From Alphaproteobacteria bacterium (GTDB lineage: Bacteria; Pseudomonadota; Alphaproteobacteria; UBA7887), in assembly GCA_965216755.1 (NCBI GenBank), contig CBDCGL010000011.1, forward strand, positions 1,312,001 through 1,376,000: a stretch of DNA of 64,000 nucleotides. Reading direction: 5' to 3'. Below, one piece after another: positions 20,122 through 29,480 of this stretch (positions are counted from its first letter, which is position 1; every line of letters starts with the position of its first letter). The notes below the pieces were generated by a model, which was not told the origin of the DNA, did no database searches, and saw nothing but the letters and a program-made list of their open reading frames with translations. The position numbers and the translations under genes were made by a program.

Positions 20122-22404
20122 TCAGGCACGGCGCGCGCCACCCGGGCGTTCGCCGAAATCAAACAACGACGACTCCCCGCGACCGTGGCGCATGCCATCG
20201 CGCAATGTCTCGGTTGCCTGGCGGTCAACTTCAACACCCTCGCCGTCCAATACCACACCATAATCTTGCCGTGCCGCTTCGATACTCACAAGCTTTCGTG
20301 CAACATCATTGCGCACCGCGACGGGATCGCGATCCAAAGGGTCGCCCCAGCCGCCACCCCCGGCGGTGCGAAAAATGACGCGATCCCCGTGGGCGACTTC
20401 CACATTGTCGATTTTCGAAGGTAGTGGCTCCCGCGTGCCGTCGGCTCTTATCAGCCACTTCTCCGAACACTGACCAGGCCTGCCGCCCAAAATGCCCCAC
20501 GGTTGTGTCAGGTGCCGATCGTCATGAACGGAAATGTGGCCCGGCTCCATAAGCTGGTAAACCTTGTCCACGCCATTGCCACCGCGATGCTTGCCGGCGC
20601 CGCCAGTGTCGACGATCGTGCCATAGCTTTCGATCATCATCGGGTAGTAGCTCTCGAGATATTCGGTCGGGATGTTCTCGAACAACGGCCACCAGGAATG
20701 ACCGTCCATGCCATCGCCGACCGGGCGCCCGGGAATGCCACCGTAAAGAATTTCCATGAGCTGAAACGGTTCGCCGCGGGCATCAACACCGGAGTAAAGG
20801 AAATGCGGGCTGGAGCCGTATCCCGCCGCCGTCGCCAATTCCGGCGCGTTCTTGCTAAGCGCTCCACCCAACACATCAAACTGACGCGACAAGGCGTGCG
20901 TTCGGCAACCGAGCGCGGCCGGAAAGTCTGGTTGCACCAGCGAACCATGCGGCAAGGTCACATGAATCAGGTCATAAAAGCCATCGTTGAACAAGATCTG
21001 GGGATCAAACACCATGATCATGTAGACCCCGATGAACATCTTGAACATGCCTTCATGCAGGTAGAAGTTGATCGGCCCCGGCGCCTGCGTGGCTGTGCCG
21101 GTCCAATCGAAATAGCCATGTTCCCCTTCTCGCCAAACGGTCAATTTCATTTTGAAGGGACCGTTGCCGCAACCGTCGTCGTCAACAAAATCCTCGAATG
21201 ACTGCGGTTCCTCGGGCAGGTTTTGCACGATCAACGTGCGCATGGCTTTGTTGGTGCGCTCCAGCAGCGCATCGCACGCGCTCTTGTACGTCTCCACACC
21301 AAAGCGCTGACAGATTTCGATAACCCGTCGCTCCCCAGCGCGGCTGCCCGCGATGATCGCCATCAGGTCGCTGTAGTTCATTTCGGGCGTGCGCGTGTTG
21401 TTCATCAAAAGATCGAGCGCCGCCTTATTCAGCACGCCGCGTTCATAAATCTTGATGGGCGGAATGCGGATGCCCTCACCGAAAATCGACGTTGCCGCGG
21501 TTGGCATGCTGCCGGGCACCCAACCGCCGACATCCATCATGTGCCCGAACATCGAACTGAATCCGACCAACTCGCCTTCAAAAAAGATCGGTACGAGTAC
21601 CATCCAGTCGTTGATGTGACTGATCGCGCCGCCGCACTTGTAGGGATCACTCTGCAGAAGCACGTCGCCCGGATCAAAGGCAACGCCGTGGGTTTCGAGC
21701 ATCTCCGGGACATATGAACCAAACTGCCCAACGATCATCCGACCCTTGCGATCGGTGATCATCGGAAACTCATCATGCTGCTCGCGGATGACTGGCGACA
21801 TCGCCGAACGAAACAACACAGCGTCCATTTCGTGACGCGCATTGCGCAATGCGTTTTCGATCAGGTCCAGCGTGATCGTATCCAGGCTTGTCGCCCCGCC
21901 TGGCGTGCGGTCGATGTCCGCCGATTTGTCTTCGGACTTCTCGACAACGGGCGCCGGCGCCGACCCCGTTGGCTTGGCTTCCACTTGGCCATTGCCGGGA
22001 AACATCGCCGCGCATTTGAGTAGCGCATCATCGGTCGCGCGCTGCAACGCCGCGCCTTCGTCGCCAGCGATTCGCGCACTGCCGAATTGCATTTTGCTGG
22101 CGCCGTCCACCAGCAATTTGCACAGGACGGTCACGCGACCGCGCTCAATTTTGTGCTCAACGATCTCTGATGACCATGCATCACCAAACTGCTGGTTCAG
22201 CAATGCGACCGCATCCGAAACGGCACCGGTTTCAAGCTGCAAGCTCGCCGACGCCAGATCTTCTTTTGTCGCAGGACGGTGTTCGACGCCAACAACGCCC
22301 AGCTCTTTAGATTGAACAGCCGCAATCGCGTCGAACTGGGCTTTGCTTGCCTTCAGCAAGTCATCCAGCGACAGTAACTTTGGCGGCGGTTCGGGTTCGC
22401 TCAT
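20122..22404 (-). CDS. Hydantoinase B/5-oxoprolinase subunit (ATP-dependent lactamase-like) with an extra N-terminal domain
   Basis: ITLDLIENAL, SPVIRE, SDPY...SHIND, GHMMDVGG, EGIRIPP, GGAGKHRGG, AGGGGWGDP; roughly 170 extra N-terminal residues including a linker. Confidence 0.9.
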   Translation of the reverse strand: MSEPEPPPKLLSLDDLLKASKAQFDAIAAVQSKELGVVGVEHRPATKEDLASASLQLETGAVSDAVALLNQQFGDAWSSEIVEHKIERGRVTVLCKLLVDGASKMQFGSARIAGDEGAALQRATDDALLKCAAMFPGNGQVEAKPTGSAPAPVVEKSEDKSADIDRTPGGATSLDTITLDLIENALRNARHEMDAVLFRSAMSPVIREQHDEFPMITDRKGRMIVGQFGSYVPEMLETHGVAFDPGDVLLQSDPYKCGGAISHINDWMVLVPIFFEGELVGFSSMFGHMMDVGGWVPGSMPTAATSIFGEGIRIPPIKIYERGVLNKAALDLLMNNTRTPEMNYSDLMAIIAGSRAGERRVIEICQRFGVETYKSACDALLERTNKAMRTLIVQNLPEEPQSFEDFVDDDGCGNGPFKMKLTVWREGEHGYFDWTGTATQAPGPINFYLHEGMFKMFIGVYMIMVFDPQILFNDGFYDLIHVTLPHGSLVQPDFPAALGCRTHALSRQFDVLGGALSKNAPELATAAGYGSSPHFLYSGVDARGEPFQLMEILYGGIPGRPVGDGMDGHSWWPLFENIPTEYLESYYPMMIESYGTIVDTGGAGKHRGGNGVDKVYQLMEPGHISVHDDRHLTQPWGILGGRPGQCSEKWLIRADGTREPLPSKIDNVEVAHGDRVIFRTAGGGGWGDPLDRDPVAVRNDVARKLVSIEAARQDYGVVLDGEGVEVDRQATETLRDGMRHGRGESSLFDFGERPGGARRA

Positions 22405-22439
22405 CAGCCTTGCATCCTCGCCTTCAGTCCTCGTCGATC

Positions 22440-24497
22440 TCAGTTTTCGGCATTTGCAGGATTGATCAAGAAGTTGAGATGCGTATCGACGCGACCAACA
22501 TAGCCTGGATGAACAACAGTCGTCGTGTCCGTCTGCATAATAATGGCCGGACCCACGACCCGATTGCCGGCGACCAAACGGCTCCGATCATAGATTTCCG
22601 CGTCAATGAAGGCACCGTCGAAATAAACCTGGTGCTGTTCGACGACAGCCGCCGCCGCATCCGCGCTGCCAAGTGCGAAGTCTGGCGCGCGTGGACGTGG
22701 CACAGCGCCACTGCCCACCGCACGCAAGTTCACCAGCTCCACTGGTTGGTCGAGCCGAAATCCATACAATTTCTCGTGCGCCGCGCCGAAACGATCCGCG
22801 ATATCAGCCAACCCGCCAGCAGCTAGGCTATCCGGCGCGGCGTCCAGGGTGAATTCATAGCCTTGTCGCAGATAACGGACATCGACCTCGTAACGCACGT
22901 TCTGTTCTGTTTCATCAACGCCGTCGTCATGCAGCCAAGCACGGGCTTGGCGCCCCAATTCCATGAAGTGCACTTGTAGTTGGTCGCCATCGACGTCATC
23001 GATGTTTCGAATGAAAGTCCGGGCAAACTCGTTTTTGACGTCGGACGACAGAAAGCCCAGCGCCGATAGCACGCCCGGCGTTGGCGGCACCACGACCGGA
23101 AAGCATCCCGCCAAGGCCGCCAACGCATTGCCGTGCATGGGTCCGGCGCCGCCAAACGCAACCAAGGCGAAATCCCGTGGGTCGAGGCCCTTTTGCACAG
23201 TCAGCAGTCGCAAGGCGCCAAACATGTTCTCGTTAACGATGTCCAAAATGCCTTGTGCCGCCTGACAGGCATCCAAACCGAGCGTACGGCCGACTTTTTC
23301 CATGGCGTCTTCGGCGGCCTTGATGTCCAGCTGCATCTCGCCGCCGAGCAAGCTGGGTGGCAGTCGCCCCAACACGACGTTCGCGTCGGTGACGGTCGGA
23401 TTGTCCCCCCCATTGCTATAGCAAGCCGGACCGGGCATCGCTCCGGCGCTTTCAGGCCCAACCCGCAGAGCCCCGGTCAGCGGAACGTGGGCGATCGAGC
23501 CACCGCCGGCACCGACACTATGCACTTCGACCGACGGAATCTTTATTGGGTAATAGCCAAGTGAGGTTTGGCGCGAAATAACGGGCTTGCCATCACGGAT
23601 CATCGACACGTCGGTCGACGTGCCCCCCATGTCGAATCCAAGGGCATCCGGAAACCCGGCCGATGAGGCGACGTACGCTGCCCCCGAAACGCCACCAGCC
23701 GGACCGGAGAGCATGGTGTGGACTGGTGACTCCGTCGCCCGGGCGACGCTCATCAGCCCGCCGTCCGAACGGATGATACTGACGTGAGGCGCGAAATCGA
23801 TCGCGCGCAGCTTCTCTTCGAAATTGCGTAAATAGGCACGCATTGCCGGCCGCACATAGGCGTTCATCACAGCGACCAGCGTCCGCTCATACTCTCGAAA
23901 CTCCGGCAGGATATCCGAGGATAGAGAAACAGGAAAATCTACGCCCATATCCCGGATGATTTCACGTATGCGTCGCTCGTGGATCGGATTGGCATAGGCG
24001 TGCAGCAAAGCCACCGTGATGGATTCGACGCCAAGGGCCGATAGATCCTGAACAGCGGATTGGACGCGCGCCTCGTTCAAAGGTGTCACAACGTCGCCGT
24101 GAGCGTTAACGCGTTCCGGTACGCCGCGCGTGGCTTCCAGATCGGCAAGCGGGTCAGGTTTGACCATAATCATCCACCCGGCCAGCGGACCCGGCGTCTG
24201 CGACCGTGCCATGTGGAGAACTTGCTCAAAATTCTCGGTGACAATCAGGCCGACCTTGGCGCCTTTTTCTTCCAGCACGATGTTTGTGGAAACCGTCGTA
24301 CCATGCAGAAGACTTAGTATTGTGTCCGGCGCGACACCTGAATCCGCCACGATTCGTTCGATGCCCTTGAGAATTCCGACCGATTGGTCTTCTGGCGTGG
24401 ACGGTGTCTTCAGAAGGTGGATATCGCCAGTCGCGTCATTAAACAGCAGCAGGTCGGTGAAAGTCCCACCAACGTCGATTCCGAGTCGGGTGGCCAT
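22440..24497 (-). CDS. Hydantoinase A/5-oxoprolinase ATP-binding subunit
   Basis: GIDVGGTFTD, HGTT, SGPAGG, DMGGTSTD, GAGGGSI, GPESAGA-x-PGP, FGGAGP. Confidence 0.93.
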   Translation of the reverse strand: MATRLGIDVGGTFTDLLLFNDATGDIHLLKTPSTPEDQSVGILKGIERIVADSGVAPDTILSLLHGTTVSTNIVLEEKGAKVGLIVTENFEQVLHMARSQTPGPLAGWMIMVKPDPLADLEATRGVPERVNAHGDVVTPLNEARVQSAVQDLSALGVESITVALLHAYANPIHERRIREIIRDMGVDFPVSLSSDILPEFREYERTLVAVMNAYVRPAMRAYLRNFEEKLRAIDFAPHVSIIRSDGGLMSVARATESPVHTMLSGPAGGVSGAAYVASSAGFPDALGFDMGGTSTDVSMIRDGKPVISRQTSLGYYPIKIPSVEVHSVGAGGGSIAHVPLTGALRVGPESAGAMPGPACYSNGGDNPTVTDANVVLGRLPPSLLGGEMQLDIKAAEDAMEKVGRTLGLDACQAAQGILDIVNENMFGALRLLTVQKGLDPRDFALVAFGGAGPMHGNALAALAGCFPVVVPPTPGVLSALGFLSSDVKNEFARTFIRNIDDVDGDQLQVHFMELGRQARAWLHDDGVDETEQNVRYEVDVRYLRQGYEFTLDAAPDSLAAGGLADIADRFGAAHEKLYGFRLDQPVELVNLRAVGSGAVPRPRAPDFALGSADAAAAVVEQHQVYFDGAFIDAEIYDRSRLVAGNRVVGPAIIMQTDTTTVVHPGYVGRVDTHLNFLINPANAEN

Positions 24498-24715
24498 GCG
24501 CGAATCCCTGTTTGCCGTCTCCAGCGTCCACCGTCAACTCCCCAGATCCGTCGATAGGCGCCATCAGAACCCGCTCCAAGGTCATAGGTTCCGGAGGTCG
24601 ATGCGCGAATGATTCCCGACATGTACGACTCGGTCAACCCGCTTCGGCGCCATAGACGTCACCGAAACGATCGTGTAGCGTTTCGCCCAGCAAAATCTCG
24701 GACCAACGGTCAGCT

Positions 24716-25243
24716 ATGGCGCAGGAATCGACACATAGTCCATCGCGACGCTTTTGGGTGTTCCTTGTTGGCCTGATTGTCGCTCTTATTTTCCTGTATT
24801 TTTACGAACCGTTCGAAAATTTCGTGGTCACCGGAATCGGCAATATCCGATCTGACAATATTATTTTCTGGTTTGCATCTTTGGTTGGTGTGGTCGGATA
24901 TGCCATTGCCCACTGGCAAACCTTCCAGCAAAAGATATTTCGACGCGGGGCAGAGCTGGATGCCGATGCTTTGGTCTTCGACACCCTTCAGATCTCGATT
25001 CTGATCGCGGTAATATTTTGTGCCGGCGCGACATTGCAGGCGATCGGAATTCTCAGCGAACATTTGATCACCCGTGGCAGCATCATTGATGGCGTGTTTG
25101 GCGGCCGCCTACTGACCATCATTCTATTGGTATTCTTGGCAATCGGATTTTACTTGTTGCACCATGTGGTGCGTGCGTTCCGCTCTGGTTGGCGGCCAAA
25201 ACGGCCACCTGGTCGTGGAGATTCGCCGGCCCACCGAGGCTAA
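24716..25243 (+). CDS. Four-TM membrane protein, paralog of 10744..11223
   Basis: SDNIIFW...AHW...AGATLQA...VFGG. Confidence 0.72.
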   Translation: MAQESTHSPSRRFWVFLVGLIVALIFLYFYEPFENFVVTGIGNIRSDNIIFWFASLVGVVGYAIAHWQTFQQKIFRRGAELDADALVFDTLQISILIAVIFCAGATLQAIGILSEHLITRGSIIDGVFGGRLLTIILLVFLAIGFYLLHHVVRAFRSGWRPKRPPGRGDSPAHRG

Positions 25244-25253
25244 CGAGGACTTC

Positions 25254-26297
25254 TTAGACGGCGATCGACTGCTGCTGGAGCCGCGACGGGTCGGCCGGAT
25301 TCGACAGCGCGTTGAAAGCCGCGAGAGACTCCTTGAGCCGCGCGGGCGCCAAGTTCCGCACAATGAAAATCAGGCGCGACCGCCGATCCTCGTCTGGCCA
25401 GGCGCTCAAATGTGTCGGCGGATGGACAATATGCTGGACCCCATTGATGACCACCGGGTCCGCCATGCCGGCCACATTCAAGAGCCCCTTGATCCGCAAC
25501 ACACGGTCGCCATGACGATTGAGCAACATCGTCATCCATATGCCGAAGGCGGTCCAATCAAGCGGCTGATCGAACATCAGGCAGAACGAATTCACGCCAT
25601 CTGTATGTTGGTGGTTCCGATCCGGCGTCGCTTGGCGCCATTGGGCGACAGCTTGCGTGTGGCGGTCTTGGGCATAAAGGTCGTTTGTCACGAGTGCGAT
25701 CGCGTCGAAACTCGACGCGGCGGCATCACTTACGGTTGCGCCAGGATTTCGCCGTTTCAGCTCTGCAATAAGCGAACGAATGCGATCTTCGGCGCACAAA
25801 TCGGTTTTGGTCAACACCAACCCATCTGCGACCAACAATTGCTTTTCAGACTCGGGAAAAGTCGCCAACTGGCTTTCGCCATTGACTGCGTCGATAACCG
25901 TGATGACGTTGCCGAGCCGGAAGTGGTGCTGGATCACCTGATCCGACAGCAAGGTATAGGCAATGGGTACTGGATCGGCGAGCCCCGAAGTTTCAATGAT
26001 AACACGAGAAAACGACGGAATATCGCCACGGGTCTGCTGCGACAGTAGGTCTCGAAGGGCCCCCTTTAGATCTTCGCGTACCGCGCAGCACACACACCCA
26101 TTGTCGAGTAGCAACGTGTTTTCGGTGGCGTGCCCGATCAGATGGTGATCGAGTCCGACTTCGCCAAATTCATTCACCAAGACAGCGGTTTGCTTGAGTT
26201 GTGGCGCCTCGAGGATGCGCCGCAGCAGGGTCGTTTTGCCGCTGCCCAGAAAGCCAGTGACGACGTTGATCGGAATGAGGGTACCGTAGTCCGCCAT
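25254..26297 (-). CDS. CobW/COG0523 G3E metallochaperone GTPase
   Basis: TGFLGSGKTT, NEFGEVGLD, GCVCC, IETSGLADP, RIKG. Start placed at ATG 26297. Confidence 0.92.
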   Translation of the reverse strand: MADYGTLIPINVVTGFLGSGKTTLLRRILEAPQLKQTAVLVNEFGEVGLDHHLIGHATENTLLLDNGCVCCAVREDLKGALRDLLSQQTRGDIPSFSRVIIETSGLADPVPIAYTLLSDQVIQHHFRLGNVITVIDAVNGESQLATFPESEKQLLVADGLVLTKTDLCAEDRIRSLIAELKRRNPGATVSDAAASSFDAIALVTNDLYAQDRHTQAVAQWRQATPDRNHQHTDGVNSFCLMFDQPLDWTAFGIWMTMLLNRHGDRVLRIKGLLNVAGMADPVVINGVQHIVHPPTHLSAWPDEDRRSRLIFIVRNLAPARLKESLAAFNALSNPADPSRLQQQSIAV

Positions 26298-26522
26298 GGC
26301 TATAGCCCTTTCAGACAATAGGGAGCCGTTCTGCCGGAGCTGTTTTGTGCCAATATCAAGTTGCTGTCCGCAAGGCGTATCCGGCATACGGCCAAGGATA
26401 GCGGCGCAGGGATTGACGCAAAATCGCCCGGCCCCGCAGGTTTGTGGCCGGCGGGCGGCCACTTTGTCGCATGGCTTGCTCGATGCGCTCGTGCGGTGAA
26501 TCGGACGAGATCCAAATATTCG

Positions 26523-26599
26523 GCTCGTGTCCTGACGAAACCGAAGTTCGTAAGGTGCCTGGGATCAGACGTGACGAACTTCGGATTCGGGACACGAGC
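26523..26599. repeat. Palindromic intergenic element (REP/MITE-like)
   Basis: Nested inverted repeats GCTCGTGTCC / GGACACGAGC and CCGAAGTTCGT / ACGAACTTCGG. Confidence 0.55.
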
Positions 26600-26677
26600 A
26601 TTGTGCTGCGCCGCCCTTCGTGTGGACAACCGCGCCGGATCGCAAACAGTATCGACTCCATATCGTCCGAAATGGCG

Positions 26678-26995
26678 CTAGCGTGCCAGGGTGGCAAGCA
26701 ATGTGTCGTCCAATGGATCGCAATCACGACCAATCAACGACTCGGCCGCGGCCCATAGCGCCGTCATATTGTCAACAATCGCCGTTCGACCCGTGCGTGA
26801 ACGCAATATATAGCTCGCGCCGGCAAAATCGCTGACCGTGAGTCCATAATAGCGCAGCACGTGATTTGCCAGGCGTAAGCGCTGTTGGCGCTCTTGTCGT
26901 CGCGTGTGACCGCGCTGGTGGCGAAAGGCTTTTGGGTGACTGCTCGTTTCGGTCCAATGTCCAGGTCCGCCGAGCACACCACATAGACCGCACAT
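26678..26995 (-). CDS. Small hypothetical protein with N-terminal MCGLCG (CxxC)
   Basis: Starts 9 bp after the deacetylase stop; MCGLCG...HW...CDPLD. Confidence 0.7.
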   Translation of the reverse strand: MCGLCGVLGGPGHWTETSSHPKAFRHQRGHTRRQERQQRLRLANHVLRYYGLTVSDFAGASYILRSRTGRTAIVDNMTALWAAAESLIGRDCDPLDDTLLATLAR

Positions 26996-27004
26996 TAACC
27001 GGAC

Positions 27005-28081
27005 CTATCCTGCCGCCACGTTCGCGCGCGCGGGTTGGCGCGGATGGCGGCGCGCAAAGTCGTCGGCAATCTCATCGAATGTTGTGAACCGAACGCCCGC
27101 GTGACTGGTGAAATATTCAACAAGACGTTCGAGCATCAAAAGCACTTGCGGCCTTCCGGAAACATCCGGATGGATTGTCATCGTGAATACGGCATAGTCG
27201 TATTCACGATAAACCCAATCGAATTGATCGCGCCACAAATCCTCAATATCGCGGGGATTGACAAAACCGAAACTATTCGGCGCGGCCTTTATGAACATCA
27301 TAGGCGGCAAGTCATCCAAATACCAACTACCCGGGATGTCGATCAGGTCGGTTTCTGCCCCGCGCACCAAAGGCTTCATCCATTCGTCAGGATGTTTGGA
27401 ATAATCGATCGGCGTCCAGCTATCGCCGACGCGGACATAAAACGGATGGAAGTCCCTGTTCATCAAGCTGTGGTCATATTTGATGCCCCGCTTGAGCAGC
27501 AGTTCGTTGGTGACCGGGCTGAACTCCCACCACGGCGCCACATAGCCGGTCGGGCGCCGGCCACTCAAGCGCTCGATCAGGTCGATGCATTTGTCCATGA
27601 CGGCCTCTTCCTGTTCCGGCGTCATGGCAATCGGATTTTCGTGGGAATAGCCGTGCATGCCGATTTCGTGGCCAGCTTCGACGACCATGCGGCACTCGTC
27701 GGGGAATGTCTCTATCGAATGGCCGGGAATGAACCACGAGGTCGGAATACCCAACTTGTCGAACAAGCGTACCAATCGCGGCACGCCAACTTCGCCGGCA
27801 AACAAACCGCGCGAGATATCACATGGTGAATCCTCGCCACCGTAGGAGCCGAGCCAGCCCGCGACGGCATCAACATCGACACCGAACGCACAGAAGATCT
27901 CCTTCTTGCCGCCGCCGCCGGCCTTCGCCAGGTGCCGCGAGCCAATGTTAGCCGTGCTGGTGCTCGGTGTAATGAGCGGTCGTGGTCGATAACGTTCCGC
28001 ACTCGCGCGGCCGCCGGAACTTCGCAACGCTTTGTTATGATCGCTGCCTGGTCGTTGATTCATCACACGCCTCCCGCTCAC
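27005..28081 (-). CDS. Polysaccharide deacetylase family (CE4; PgdA/PuuE-like) hydrolase; start uncertain
   Basis: [52 protein letters not shown]. Confidence 0.87.
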   Translation of the reverse strand: MSGRRVMNQRPGSDHNKALRSSGGRASAERYRPRPLITPSTSTANIGSRHLAKAGGGGKKEIFCAFGVDVDAVAGWLGSYGGEDSPCDISRGLFAGEVGVPRLVRLFDKLGIPTSWFIPGHSIETFPDECRMVVEAGHEIGMHGYSHENPIAMTPEQEEAVMDKCIDLIERLSGRRPTGYVAPWWEFSPVTNELLLKRGIKYDHSLMNRDFHPFYVRVGDSWTPIDYSKHPDEWMKPLVRGAETDLIDIPGSWYLDDLPPMMFIKAAPNSFGFVNPRDIEDLWRDQFDWVYREYDYAVFTMTIHPDVSGRPQVLLMLERLVEYFTSHAGVRFTTFDEIADDFARRHPRQPARANVAAG

Positions 28082-28214
28082 GACCGATCGTCTCAGCCGC
28101 CGCTATCTTGCGTCGGTTGCGCTTTGTGGGGCAAGAGCCGTTTCATCAAGACCGCACACCCGTTGCCGGACAATGGCACACGGGGTATCGTTTTGCGTCA
28201 ACACGCGGAGAAAG

Positions 28215-28928
28215 ATGGCCATGGGCGAGACACATCACGAAACGTTTGAGGACTATCAGCGAAAGGGCTTGGGAAGTCGTTCTGGCTTTGGCGAGAAACC
28301 GGCGTTCGTGGTCGTCGATTTTAGCAATGGTTTTACTGATCCAACCAGCCCGCTGGGCGGCGACTTCAGCAAGGAGCTAGCCGTAACGGCGGCGTTACTC
28401 GACGGTTTTCGTCGCCGTGGCTTGCCAATTGTATTTACAACGGTTGCCTACGAGCCGCATTTCCGCGATGCCGGAGTCTTCATCAAGAAAGTCCCGTCGC
28501 TGTCGATCCTGCTCAAGGGCTCGCAAATGGTCGCGATCGATGACCGTATCCGGCCGCGCCCGGATGAGATGGTGCTGGAAAAGAAGTTCGCGAGCGCGTT
28601 TTTTGGTACCGAATTGGACCGCCATTTGCGCTCTTTGGCTGTAGATACGGTCGTGATCGCCGGCGCCACGACCAGCGGTTGCGTTCGCGCCAGCGCCGTC
28701 GACTCGATGCAGCATGGATTCCAGACGATTGTGGTCCGCGATGCGGTCGGCGACCGCGCGCAAGGTCCCCATGAGGCGAACTTGTTTGATATCGACGCCA
28801 AATATGGAGACGTCGTCTCCGGTCAGCAGGTTCTGACATATCTGGAAGAGCTCGGTCGTGCTGGCGGGATGGCAAGTAAGGCAGCCGATGCCTTTGACCG
28901 CTGGTGGAATCGCGGCGCAGTCGCCTGA
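28215..28928 (+). CDS. Isochorismatase-family cysteine hydrolase (N-carbamoylsarcosine/maleamate amidohydrolase-like)
   Basis: VVVDF, KKFASAFFGT, GATTSGCVRASAVD, NLFDIDAKYGDV; GGAG RBS. Confidence 0.9.
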   Translation: MAMGETHHETFEDYQRKGLGSRSGFGEKPAFVVVDFSNGFTDPTSPLGGDFSKELAVTAALLDGFRRRGLPIVFTTVAYEPHFRDAGVFIKKVPSLSILLKGSQMVAIDDRIRPRPDEMVLEKKFASAFFGTELDRHLRSLAVDTVVIAGATTSGCVRASAVDSMQHGFQTIVVRDAVGDRAQGPHEANLFDIDAKYGDVVSGQQVLTYLEELGRAGGMASKAADAFDRWWNRGAVA

Positions 28929-28939
28929 CGGACGTCACG

Positions 28940-29428
28940 ATGACCGACGAACGCCGCGGCGCGTACAGTTCACCGCTTGACGACATGCTGGTCCAGGCGC
29001 GCCAGCAATTTGACAGTTTGCTCGATGCGGAGGCGGCGGTCGAGGCGCCGCCCTCGCAGTCAGCCGAAGCGCTGGGCGCACCCGCCCGAATGACGCGACC
29101 GGATCTGGCACCATTGCCCGGCGCCGAAGATGCGATCCGCATGTTGCAACAGAAACATGTCAACAATTGGCGATATAATGTTGTCGAACGCCGCCATGAT
29201 GGATCAAGTGTCACGGTTCTGGTCGAATTGTTCGTCGCCGATATGACAGATCCCGTCTCAGCTTACGGCCACGCCCCAGGAAAAAGCAGTAGCGGCATTG
29301 TCCGTGGCACATCTGACGGCGTGTCATTTTCGATTGCGATGGGCCGGCCATCGCGGGCGACGAACCTGGATGCCGCATACGACCGCGCGATCGCGGATGC
29401 CCTGACCAATTGCGTCGCATTGCTATAG
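28940..29428 (+). CDS. Stand-alone copy of the hydantoinase-B N-terminal domain (Rad52/Rad22-like fold suspected)
   Basis: LDDMLVQARQQFD, DAIRMLQQKHVNNWRYNVVE, VTVLVEL and AYDRAIADALTNC align with the N-terminus of 20122..22404. Confidence 0.7.
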   Translation: MTDERRGAYSSPLDDMLVQARQQFDSLLDAEAAVEAPPSQSAEALGAPARMTRPDLAPLPGAEDAIRMLQQKHVNNWRYNVVERRHDGSSVTVLVELFVADMTDPVSAYGHAPGKSSSGIVRGTSDGVSFSIAMGRPSRATNLDAAYDRAIADALTNCVALL

Positions 29429-29480
29429 GACGGGATAAAAGGGGCCGACGATGCGCGAACATCGCCGGCCCACGCCACTA

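Noticed and set aside
22000-22404. Prophage recombination module suggested by the Rad52-like domain
   Set aside because: No phage, integrase or other recombination genes; the domain is fused in frame to a metabolic enzyme.
26338-26353. Sigma-54-like TGGCACAAAACAGC upstream of cobW
   Set aside because: GG-to-GC spacing is 9, not 10.
26298-26677. Cobalamin riboswitch upstream of cobW
   Set aside because: No B12-box or conserved core recognised by eye; an Rfam scan would be needed.
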